DNA of 64,000 nucleotides, taken from NCBI GenBank assembly GCA_900088475.1, contig FLMG01002775.1:50120-114119 (forward strand), read 5' to 3'. Positions 26,112-37,700 of this stretch are shown one piece after another. Origin of the DNA: Hyphochytrium catenoides (taxonomy: Eukaryota; Protista; Hyphochytriomycota). Position numbers and translations under genes: made by a program. Numbering within the stretch: position 1 is the first letter of the stretch; the number at the start of each line of letters is the position of its first letter. The notes beneath the pieces are model-generated. The model worked only from the letters and a program-made list of their open reading frames with translations, searched no databases and was not told the origin of the DNA.

Positions 26112-26687
26112 ATGGGAAAGTTGGGAAAGTCCAACGATGTGTCTTATATCTCCGTCATTTTTGACCAAGAACCACACAACGATGAGTTCGCACGCTACAG
26201 TGAGTCACCTCACGAAGTTATTGCACCTCTCAAATCTCTACGTGGGGATTACTATGGGCTAGTTTCGAGGCTTAGCACAAACCAGCTATTGAATAACGAC
26301 GGGGAGGGTGTCCTCGCCGGGAGAGGGTCTCACGAACTGGTTAAATTGAAGGTGGAGCAACAGGGACTGGCTGGAGAGCAGGGCAACCCGCCCTCTCCGC
26401 AGCTGGTGCCGATTATAGAACATCCCTTCACGGCACCTGCAGTTCTTTGGGATGTCAGAAGGCAGAGTAAAGCTGGCGCACCAGACAACTTCGGGTATAG
26501 ACTATTGTTTGCTAAGGGCCTTTCGCAGCTTACCGTATTAACCATGTTTCTTTTGATAGGTGGACATGGACACCAGCTTCTGCTGTGCCCGTGTTTTACA
26601 GTCTGGATAACCGAAGAACGTTCGAATGCTGAGATAGCAGACGGCGAGCTCCTTTTCATGGGCACAGCCCACGTTTCTAAGCACTGA
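26112..26687 (+). other. Intronless 191-aa ORF of unknown status
   Basis: ATG-initiated and the longest ORF in an otherwise unexplained ~6-kb interval; no recognisable motif. Confidence 0.2.
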
Positions 26688-28422
26688 CTCGAGTCAAGAT
26701 TGCTGTTCACCCATGTACACTACTACTACGTCCCATATAGCTTATGGGGCTGTGCGTACCTTAGCCACGCTGTAAACTTGTGCAATAAAATCTGTTCCAT
26801 TATTCTATTCTTAGGCGCTACTGCGGGCAGGATTTGGTCGAATCGGTCGTATTGCTGCCGCGGTAAGGAATGACTGAAAGGGTCTGGTTTGCTTCCGGAT
26901 CTGATAAGGGTTGCTACCTTCCTGTCTATCTCTTTCTGCTGTCACTAGTGGATCAGCACAGAAAGTCTCTACCGCTCATGTTCGTATAATAGGCCCACTA
27001 TTTCCTTTTGAGTCTACTCCCCGCCTTCGTAGTGAAAGCGTGCCGATGTCTTTGGCCTGGAAATGCCTTGACGCACGGAGGTTTCTTTTTCCTCTTTCGG
27101 TTTGTGCTTCAATGACAAGCTTCAGGTAGTGCAAGGAAGCCCTTTCGACCCGAGACCATCCCTTTGAAATGAGAGTCTAGCCCGAGTACTCTTGGCCCTT
27201 CTATTGAAAGGTTCTGGTAAGCACCTTTACGTCACCTCGCCCCCAAGATCTCTCGGCATCCTTACAGTCCTTTCGGTAACGGGACACCGTGCCCTTCTGA
27301 TAGAACAAAACAGAACTAGGCCCAACTCCGAAACAGATGGTAACAAGCATTCCATTCTGTTCCTTGCGCCGCCACGAATATGCGGTGGTGCGGTACTGAG
27401 TTTTTCTTATCCTCAATGATGTCTTCCAACGAAAAAAACAAGAAATGGGAGAACTGATCATCTGCCTAAAACGTATGCATTTCAGAAGTTGGCAGGCCTT
27501 ATAGCGTGGGTTGCCGCACCCTACTACTGTACCCGTGATATAAGCTTATAACATCTTAACAGCCACTGCCCTAGTGTACCATCCGAGGAGTCTCGCATTT
27601 GTTTTCCTCTCGACTGTGATACCTCACACTGGTGACAGCGGGCTTCTGCTAACGTCCTCATGGCCGGAGATGGATATTTCAACCCTTAGCTCAATTATCG
27701 GGACACGAGGATCAAGTTGACAATCACAGGGTGATCAAGATGTTAACTGACTAGGAGAACACTTAAAACCATGGCCTACGCGCGCGGGACTGCGCTGATG
27801 TTATCCCGCTCGTTCAGCGCGGACGGCTCTGAGGTCTTCGAAGTGGGGCAACATAGTCACTTATAGTCACTGAAAGCAGTGGGGCGAGCGATGGTCTAGT
27901 GCTCCGAGGTCAAAGCTAGCTAGACCAGCTTCCCACTCTTGATGATAAGTTCTGATGGAAGAAACCACAAAGACGTTTCTCCAGATGTCATTGGGATTCG
28001 GACGGTCATCAGGCGTCCCCCGTGACCCCTTTAAGAAGGACCCGCCCCTTCAAGACAGGTGGTAGTGTGGTAGAGTACTGTAACTCTCTTTCTTCTCTTT
28101 TCCCTTGCTTTCCTTTGGGGAGGGTGTCAGAACTCAATTCCCCTTCCCGTCTTTTTGTCCGTTCCAGGAGCACAATAAGAATCTCTGGAAAATCTTGGCA
28201 CTGTTCTCACTTCTGAAAGCTCATTCTTGGCTCCAACTACTCAAGTTCTAGCGTACTCGCGGTCTGACATCAAAGCATTTGGGTCATCGACTGGAGCGGC
28301 GGATTGAGACAAGCGCCCCCACTTACCCTAGCCTTGATTTACATCGGCGGGCTTGTTTGACGGAAGTGGATTTATATTATTACCAGAGACACGAATAGTC
28401 CCTCTCCGGGACAGAAAACGAT

Positions 28423-31400
28423 ATGGCTGAAGAGCAGAAAGATGAAGTTCCGGAGTTATCCTTAGTAGTTCATAACAATCCAGACCTATCCCCGTATCGA
28501 GCGCACCAATCGGAGGACCAGAGTGACGCCGTCCCTCCCCCTCCGTCCCGCGGACAGAAGTTCTGCGGGTCTGCGGTGGAGGAAGAAGATGTGAGCAACT
28601 GCCTTTTCGCCTGTCGGGCGATAACGAGTCCCGATCCAAAGGCTTTACTCGAAAGTGAACACCAGCGGCATACGCTCCAACTCCCTTCCATCGAAGTAGA
28701 TGAGGAGCGGGGAGTTCTGATGGCAGAAGGTCCTACAGCCATTTATGTAGCCTTCAAGCCCTCAACAGATTTGCGTGGAGTCTTGGAGCACACTAACCTT
28801 CTGCCTACATTTCGATATGGAGGTAAGTACGACCATATGAAGACGATTGAGACATTTGATTCACCAACGACCGGCGCAGGATGCCTGCACTCGGGCTTTT
28901 GGAGCCGGGCGAAGGCATTTTTGGAAAGTAGCGTCCTCACAGAGGCCAAGGAGAAAGCTTCACAGAATTCAAGAACAATCTTTTTCACAGGCTATTCTAC
29001 GGGAGGGGCTGTTGCATTTCTTTGTGGAGCAGATCTTCTTCACCGTCACTTTCCGGAAGACGTTCAGAGGGATCTAAGCACTCAAGACAGGAGAAACGAA
29101 GCCGTATCGAAAGAGGTACTTGGCTCAACATTCAACCTTTCTTTTAATGATCAGAGGTTATCCAGGTGCTAAGTTTTGGCTGAATTAGAAACGTGGCGAG
29201 TGGAAACTTCAGCCATCTACATTATCCCCAGATCGATTCAGGATCCCGCCAGAGGCGTTCAGCAGTTCAGTCGTGACTTTTGGGGCACCTTCTCCAGCCA
29301 CAAGAGAGATTCATGCCCTCCTTATGCATGCTGGAGTTTCAAGGAGGTAAGAGACAGGATACTTGTAGTATTGGTACGGAATGCATGGTTACTGACTCCT
29401 GTGCAGATTCCTATCGATTGTGAATGAGGGTGACTATATACCAGGGATTCTTAATGTATCAAACACTTCCGCGCTCCTCGCCAACTCCTCCGAGAAGGTT
29501 GCGGCAATCCATGCAGCCACCAGACTTCTTGCCAGACAAATTGTGCCTAACTCTTGGCATCGAGCTGTTTACACCGGGCGTGGTGGTGGGGCCGCTGGTG
29601 CTTACATGAGGCGCTCTCTTTTTGGTAGGTCTTCCTTACTTTACATGATGCCAAAGGAGTTTTGTTGTTGAACGTAGCTTTCACCATCTCTTCAGGGTTA
29701 AGCAACATATTTAGGAAGCTGGGCGATGAGGTTGACAGACTAGCGCCAAATTATTCTCCCTGTGGCGAGTACTGCTTTCTGTCGGAGGGATACCTTGGTA
29801 GCTGGACGGTGGACTCTTTGGAGAAGGTAGAACCTTTCTTTTTTGGTTTATCAATCATTGTGACCAGAAAATGAAGCTGCGCTTGTTCTAGATCGAGAAG
29901 CAGCTCAGCATGGAGAACAAGGCACTAGCTGGGAAAAACATCGTCCGACATCTTCTGAGCACCTACACTGAGAACGTCTTGAGTCGTATGTCATCGGCAG
30001 GGCTGACAATTGAAATGAACTACTATGAGCGCCTTAAGGTGAGATGCAAGCTTGACGCTGAGTTATTGAACAGCGATTGAGCCTAGAACACGATATAGCT
30101 CTTCACACTCAGGAGTAATCTATTGCTGGGAGCAGACCAAATAGCTAAGTCATTTCTGATCAGGTACCCAGGAACGCTTCGACCAAGACGATTACGAGAG
30201 GGTATAGGAAGGTAGCTCTACGGTGGCATCCAGACCGTTGGTCGAATGCGAGCCCTGCAGAAAAGGTGCGGCATGTCGCGCTTGTGCGTGGAGAACCTTC
30301 TAGGGGAGGCCTTGTGGCTGATGTTGAGTGACATGACAGGACTATGCTGAAAAGTGCTTCAAACTAGCGGCTGAGGCCTATGAGACGTTGTCCGACCCAG
30401 TGGCGCGAAAGGAGTATGATGCAAGGCTCAAGGTGATATCGCCGAGTAGTGTGGTTTAATAGAGCCTCATATCGCTTGCGCAACAAGGCCCAGCCCTTCC
30501 TCCCTTCTTCGAATTCCACCAATTTATTATCACTTCTAGGCATTCCATCAAAAGTTGTCACTGGATGGACCCCTCTCATGTCTGTTTACGGCTTTATGTC
30601 CTACTTCTAGCTGCCTAAGTCACTTCTGATATCCATCTTCGTACTCTAGCAAGGACAAGGCGTATTGCAAGAGTTCGTCAAAGAAGGTACAATAGGCGGT
30701 ATGACTCTGGACAGGGCAGTTGCCCTCTTTGCAGAAGTGGTGGAGTCGATGTCATCCGTTTCTGGAGATGTTATCTCTACTTCTCAATCATCCCTCGTGG
30801 CACACAGCCACCGTCTCGCTTCCTCGGCAGCTACCTCGACGGGTGGGCCTGCACTTTCTGGAGGGGAGGCTAACTTTATCCCAGATAATCACTCCAATAT
30901 CTTCGCTCCCCATAAGATGAAGATCATCCGGCCGGACCCGTCGGGCGGTGGTGCACAGAAAGTGCTCTACGTAGAGCCTGACGAGCTGCTCCCAGGCGAT
31001 ATTGCCGCATCTGGTGGTAGCGCGCAGGGTGTTGACGGTATGTATTCGGAGCTTTCTAATTGCAGTCAACCTATGTTTACTCTCGGTTTCCTTCTAATCG
31101 AGCGTACCCTGTACCACTTCAAAATCGGCGCGTATTTCTCCTGAGCACGTGTTGATGTTGACGATTCGTTTTGTTGACAATGCGTGGCACTAGGCACCGC
31201 TTCGCAACCAGGAATTCGGGGCATGGCCCTTTTAGGAGGAGCTGTGGCAGTAGGTAAGTAACAATAGAATACATTTGTCTCTTGAAGAAGCTCACACTGT
31301 TTCCAGGGGCTGGCGTTTCGTTGGCGGTATCAGCATGGTCCAACTTATCGGCCGCTCAGAAGAAGCGATCTCAGGCAGAAGTGATTCGCACCATGCCTGA

Positions 31401-34400
31401 CGGCTATTTGCCGCAGCTATTGCTCGAATCAGAAGCGCAAGTAAGGCCAGTAGAGAGGGATACCAAACTCCTGACCAGCGACGGCTCCAAGCTCCTGACC
31501 GACCAAGCAGTCCCAGACGAGAAGCATAAAAACCAAGGAGCAGTATTGATAGCGGACCAAGGTAGTTCGCAGGCGTTAATTTTAGCGAAGCAAAGTATAG
31601 AGGAAGATGATGCTGCCGATATCGCCGAGTTTCAAGATGCTCTTGAGGAGTTTGGTGCGGCAGAGCTTGAGGCTAATGCTGAGGAGGAATTCTACGAGTG
31701 CTTAGAAGCAGAAGCCATCCTGGACCAAATTGAACAACAGGCTAAGCAGGAAATGCAAGATGGTGAACAGTCGACAGAAGTCAGCGTCCAGATGGCATTG
31801 AGCTTAGCAGACTACGATGATGAAGGAACAGCTAGCGCCCCGCTGCTTGTCAGAAATATGAGGCGAGAGATTGAGCGCGGCGAGGGTAGATCTGAGGAGA
31901 GTATGCGGGAAAACAGAGCTGACATAGAGGCTGAGGTAGATAGTGGTCAAGAGACGGATCAGAGACAGATGGACGTTTACCAAGATCAGCCACTCAGCCA
32001 GACTGCTGCATCGGATGAGCTTAACGGCATTAGTATAGATGAGGGGGCATTCGTCTCTGAAGAAATCGATGGCATTGACGATGAAAGTCTGAGTCGCATT
32101 TTATCGGGAAAACTATCGGCCAAGGAAAAGGCTCAACTGAAACTGGGCTCTCTTTTACCACTATTACCTCCTGGAGTCACTGTCTCCACTCCTTTTGGGG
32201 TCGGAACACTGCTTCGGACAAGGAAGGGAAGCGATGATGCTCCCATGGTTTGCATCGTTCGTCTAGGAAGGCCCAAGATCCAATCTCCGCCATTAGACAT
32301 GGTAAGCTGAAAAGAAAGTGATGTGCGAATGGCGCCTTAATGAAGTTGGAGCCAAGACCGGCTCGGTGTAACGATTCATTTTCTCTTTCTCACTTGTCTT
32401 CTGCTTGTCGTTCAGGTAGGGGCGGAAGAAACCAGTGAGTACTCTGGGCTAGAAGTCAACAGTGCAGAGTTCCCTATTGCTTACCTCCAAGAGGATGTGG
32501 TTAATACAGGGACATCCTTGGTTTTGACCCATGCGACGTCTAAGTTGCAAAAAAAGAGAGAGGAGATTCTCTCTAAGGTTCTGCAGCGTTATCGTCTGGA
32601 TGACCATCAAATATCGGCGGATGGCCTGTGGGATACGATGCGGGCGACGGGTGCGGGTGCAATGGATAGTGGCATCAAGGCAGCAGGAGGCGTTGTCCTA
32701 GCGAAGGTTTGTATAATATGTGCTTACCCCTACAATTCTAGTTCTATCGCTCCTATGTTTAGTGTGTCTACATTGTCCTTTGCTGAGTTTGACTGACCTG
32801 CGATTGTAGGGTGCAGCTCGGGTTTCGACGCGTCTGGCAGGATCTGCAGCTGCGCCTTTGACTGTCGCGTCCATGCTAGTGGACGTAGGTAAAGAATACT
32901 GGTCTTATAGAGCGAAAAGGTTAGAGAAGACTCAGCAGGTAAACTGGAGACTCACACCCTATACTTTGCCTTGTTCTTGACTCGCTCCTCCGAGGTCAAG
33001 GGGCCTATCTTGCTATCTTTTATCCTTCCCGGTTGCCCACCACAAGGAAGTCATTTGACCAACGACGTTAACGTGATAGGGTGCTCTTTCAGCTGCGAAT
33101 GATCGGGTGATGATGACAGAGTTTAGGCACAAAGCAGGGCATCACCTTTTCACGGGCATTTCTGCTGCTGTGGGTAGGTCATGGGGTTCAATTCTATTGC
33201 TCCCTCCTTCTGTGCATGGGTGAATGTATGGGTGCCGCTGTAGGTTCTCTGACTACATCAACTGCAATCCCTTATGCTTTGAGCTAATTCAGAGCTAGTC
33301 CCGAACGTCGCGTGGCTCTGCCCTTTTTGCTATTTCCCGCATCTATTAACCTTCTGACCTTCTGATCCTCTTGACCCATCCACCGCAGGCGCCTATGCAG
33401 GCACTTCCCTGGTTGCTGCCTCCATGGCCGGGCCTGTCGGCCTAGCCACTCTTGCCATTGCTGGTGGATTAGCTGGTTACTATATGGGACACAAGTACTA
33501 TCAAACTGTGACCGTCCAGCATTTTAACATGCTGTCCAAGGCGAAGGAGGAGGTAGAAGCTCTAGAGGTTGGAGCTAGAGTGCTGTTTGATGAATTTGAT
33601 CAACAAGGACAAGGTATAATAAGCATGAAGGACTGCCGTGAAATCCTTCGAAGACTGCAAGAAGCGACCAAAGGCGAAGATAAGGAGGAGGTAAGACAAA
33701 TGGAGTATGCACAGTGCCTTAATATCATCAGCGGCCGTTGGAAGACCTCATTCTGCACTCTTCTCAAAGCACCATCCCTTCGAGATGAGATGTTGGCTTT
33801 CGTTTGTGTACTGAGGTGTAAAGTCGGTCTCGAAAACTGATGAAGACAGTTGCGTATCATAGCGGGGAAATCAGCACAAATTCTTCACTCCCGGTCGATG
33901 AGGGCCTTTGGTCATTTCCTCGCTCTCAGCGGGCTGATGGTTGCTTGTACTTTTCTAGGTTTTGCATACTTTGCACGAGCTGGAAGAAAGACCCGATGAG
34001 GAGGATGTCTCGTGGCCGCAGTTCTTTCAGTGGGTGAGCTCGGAAGCCGTCAAGAAGCTTGATGAACTAGAAGTCGAGGCTACAGAGAAGCAAATGGAAG
34101 AAGCGGCGAAAGTAAGGGCCGACTTTGCTTCATGGAGCGCTAGCATTGGCACCGCCTTCTTGCCTTCATCGTGGGGGTGGAGGAAGAGGGGCGAACAGAT
34201 AACTTCAGGAGGTTCCGTCCAAGATAACCCCACTTCCGGAACTGCAACAATGTATCCCGGGGTTTTTAATTCTTTGGGATACAGAAAAGCCGAAGACAGA
34301 ACTGCATGCGTCGTGGATGCCGACGAAGTGAGCAGTAGTCTGCCAGACCCCTTTGACCAGCTTGGTGAGCACGAAGGACAAGCCTCACGGGAAGTAGCTG

Positions 34401-34591
34401 CGTCAAGAAAGAAACGACTCTCAGTAATAGAGGCAGCGCAGATTGACACGTTAGTTGAGCAAGAGATTATCACCGAGGCGGACGCGGATAGCCTTAGGCT
34501 TATGATGTTAGAAGATGAGGAGAAACGACGGCTGGCTCGTTTGACTGTGGAAAATCTTCTCAAAGCACAGGAAAGAGATGTATTTTTATAG
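28423..34591 (+). CDS. Lipase class-3 domain + DnaJ (J) domain + Gly/Ala-rich hydrophobic helices + EF-hand fusion protein, about 13 exons
   Basis: Lipase: LHSGFW, FTGYSTGGAVA, VVTFGAP, IVNEGDYIP, RHLLSTY. J domain: NYYERLK|VPRNAS...YRKVALRWHPDR...FKLAAEAYETLSDP..RKEYD. EF-hand: LFDEFDQQGQGIISMKDCREIL. All exons join in one frame via GT-AG introns up to TAG at 34591. Confidence 0.8.
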
Positions 34592-34749
34592 AGAGAGCAA
34601 GAATCAGCGAGTTGAAAGACTGTAAATTGGTCCGGAAAAGACCTGATGTGCAAACGATGGGTGTTGCTTGATTAGCATCAGCTGGGGCAATGAGCACACA
34701 TAACTATAATACAGGTCCAACATTCCCTCCACCCCCAACTCTAATATCC

Positions 34750-37700
34750 CTAGAAGTCCTGCAGCCATGTCCCAGCTCCTTGATATTGATCTAGAGGAGG
34801 CTCTTCCTCCCTCATCGACTTCATTCCATTGAACCTCTCGGTCATAAAGCTCTTCAAGTCTGATTGCAAGCTTCTAGACGCAAGCTTTGACCAGTCCAGA
34901 CCCTTGAATAGCACGTGACTCCGCAGCTCATTTCCTCCTGTAGTCCTATCAATATTGCCTCTGCAGCCTAGTCTCCCTGCAACATCTGGGACTAGCAGCT
35001 GCTCGACGAGGTCCCGACTGTCTGCGCTAACATACTCAGAGAATGTCAGTTTGCCGGTGTGGGAGCAAATACGACGGAATAGAACTAGCTCGTTCTCTTC
35101 ATCTCCTGGTTGCTGAAATGGCGTATGACCCATAAGGAGGTAGTAGTAGAGCACGCCCAAAGCCCACCAGTCAACGCTAATGCCGTAGCCTGAGGGTAGA
35201 ATAAACGAGAAGTCGACCAATGTTAGACCCGCTCAACACGCAGACAGCTCAGGGAGCATCATCAAAACGTCTGGGTCCAGTCTTATTCGGAAAGTTAGAA
35301 GGAGGATGACAGCTTTACCTTGGCCGGAGATCAGCTCTGGGGCAAAGAACTCTGGATCTCCGCATAGAGTGTAGGTCCTTCCCCCTTCAAAGTCCAACCG
35401 TTTGCAAAACCTGCGTGCGCCACAATGTAGAAAGGTAGTCAGCACCATTGGAGGAACATACATCTGGTAAGAACCGAAAATGTGGATCTTGAAGACCGAC
35501 TATGGGCACTAGAACGAGGAGAGACGCTCCAATCCGTCTACTCTGCAGGGACTCTCACGACTGGCGTTAAGGTACTCTAGCGATTCAAGACAGTGACATC
35601 ACGACGGTCCTCGTTAGAACCTTGTTTCCCACCTGTAGTCTAGGAACTGAAGCTGTCCGTCCGCGTCTATGAACATCATGGAATCTGATATGCCGCGAAA
35701 GATGCAAGGTTGTGAGTGGATCGCTTCCAAGCCCAGAACACCTGAAGCGAGCAGAAGCTTGCTCTTTGACTCATCAAAGAAGCCTACATTGAATATGAAT
35801 AAGTAATGTCGGGTTAGCGAACGGTACTATCGACCAAATCGAAGCAAGAAGATGAAGAGGTCTTAGGCGCGTATCTCATTGCGCTGTGCGATACAGATAT
35901 TGCATCCAAGCTGAATATTCTATTCGGACCTTCCAGAGGACGAAAAAGAGAATCGCTCTTGAGGAGAGGAGGGCCACAGGATGGCTCACCTGCTTCAGAT
36001 TCTTTGACCAGGGACTCCACGCTGCAGACCAGATTGGTCTTCAGAATAGAGTATACCGCATCCTTCTGTGTCTGCACGCCCACTAGCCAAGGGATTTGAC
36101 ACGCAGGCGAGCGGATCTGGCGATGATGCTTGATATCATTCTTGATTGCATTTTCCTGGCCGGTAGACTCTGCTAAAGCCTTGGAAATGACCTACGAACG
36201 CCCAATGGGTCACTTAATTGTCTGATGCAGAATAATTCAACCATCTTGTCAAGCTTGCTTGTGATCTTGCTGTCTCGGTCTAAATGTTACTATTTTTCTT
36301 TCGAGCTTCCTCTCATTAGTTCCGCCCTGTGCTCATTTATTACCTTGACAGTCACCAGCTGGGGCTGCGAAGCACGACGATCCGATAGCTTAGCCTCGTA
36401 GAGGCCGACAAAGCCATAGCCTGTGCCTCCGACCTCCGTAATGAAGGTAAGCTTGTCATTAGACTGAACCTTCGGCGTCAGCAGCCAGCAACGGGAGGTC
36501 ATGAAACGTCGGATAGCCACTGAAGAAAGGTGATGAACGGAAGGAGCAGCATCACCATGAGTGAGATTGCCAAGCGAGAACAGGGGGAAGTTGAGTAGAT
36601 GGACCAAATAGATGCTGAAGGATAGCTTTGAGGAAGAGAATGGCCGTGAACAGAGAGAGGCAATCACAGGGTTGAAATAGCCGGTAGAGGTTCTTTGGTC
36701 TTGGCTCTCAGGTCAGTGCATTTTCATCAGCTCCCTCTTCTCCCCGCACAACCACTCCCTGTCGTGTGTGTCGAAGCTCTACGTTATCGTCATTCTCTCC
36801 TCATCCTCCCCCCCTTATCCCCTTATTTCTTACAGAGCCAACCTCTGCAACTCACTAACCTTTCCAGCGCTTGGCAATCCTCTTTCTTCGCTGTTGCTGC
36901 TCTACAAGCGTGTTCAGAGCTCCAAATTTTGACTCGAAGCTCTGCCTATCAATCTGGTATAGACGCACTGGGCCGCTAGCCACCATCGTAGAGTTCAATG
37001 GAACTATGGGGTTATCTACGAGAGATTCAACATTGAACGCTTCTTTTGGTTTTAACCGACTGATGACTATTCCTGTGTCCGATCGCACTTCTACCTCCCC
37101 CTAAATGAGAAAAAGCAGAGTTAAGGACCAAACTGGCCGTGGTGCGCAGCCAAGGCAGGCGTCTTAAGTAGCCCTGAGAGATTAGATGGACCAATGATGA
37201 CGTGGTCGACATAAAAAGAACTATAGAGACTGAGATGCAGTCATCAATCTTAGACACGGAAGCAAAAGCAGCTGGGAGCTATTGTGGGGCCCTTCACAGC
37301 GTGAGAGACAGGTTGGAAGTTTGGGAAAGAGGGAATGCCAAGCCAGGAGGAGCAAGCCTAACCTGCTTTATCAGGAAGAGAGTATCTGACACCGTGCCAG
37401 CCTTCACAATCTCCTGTCCATCTTCATAGTTCTGTTCCTTCATCAAATCCGCAAGGGTGGAGACCTCCTCCGATGTTAGAGACTTAAGAATCTTGACTTT
37501 TCTAAGCGCTCCAGTTAGTTCCTGCACGGGGAGGGGGCCATTGAGACAGAGTTCAATATAAGGTCTCATGACGGCAGCATATTGGCTGTGGAAGTGAGCG
37601 GGCCGAAGAGAACAAAAGCACTGACACCGGCCAGACTTTCAAAATAATAGCAGCACTATCTCCACGGAAAAGAGTGAAGCACTCCGTGATGAAGTTTGTC

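Noticed and set aside
26800-28050. tRNA-like T-loop fragments (e.g. GTCCGAATCCC on the minus strand near 28000)
   Set aside because: No cloverleaf stems or A-box could be built around them.
34027-34653. 208-aa minus-strand ORF
   Set aside because: Antisense shadow of the last exon of the lipase-J gene.
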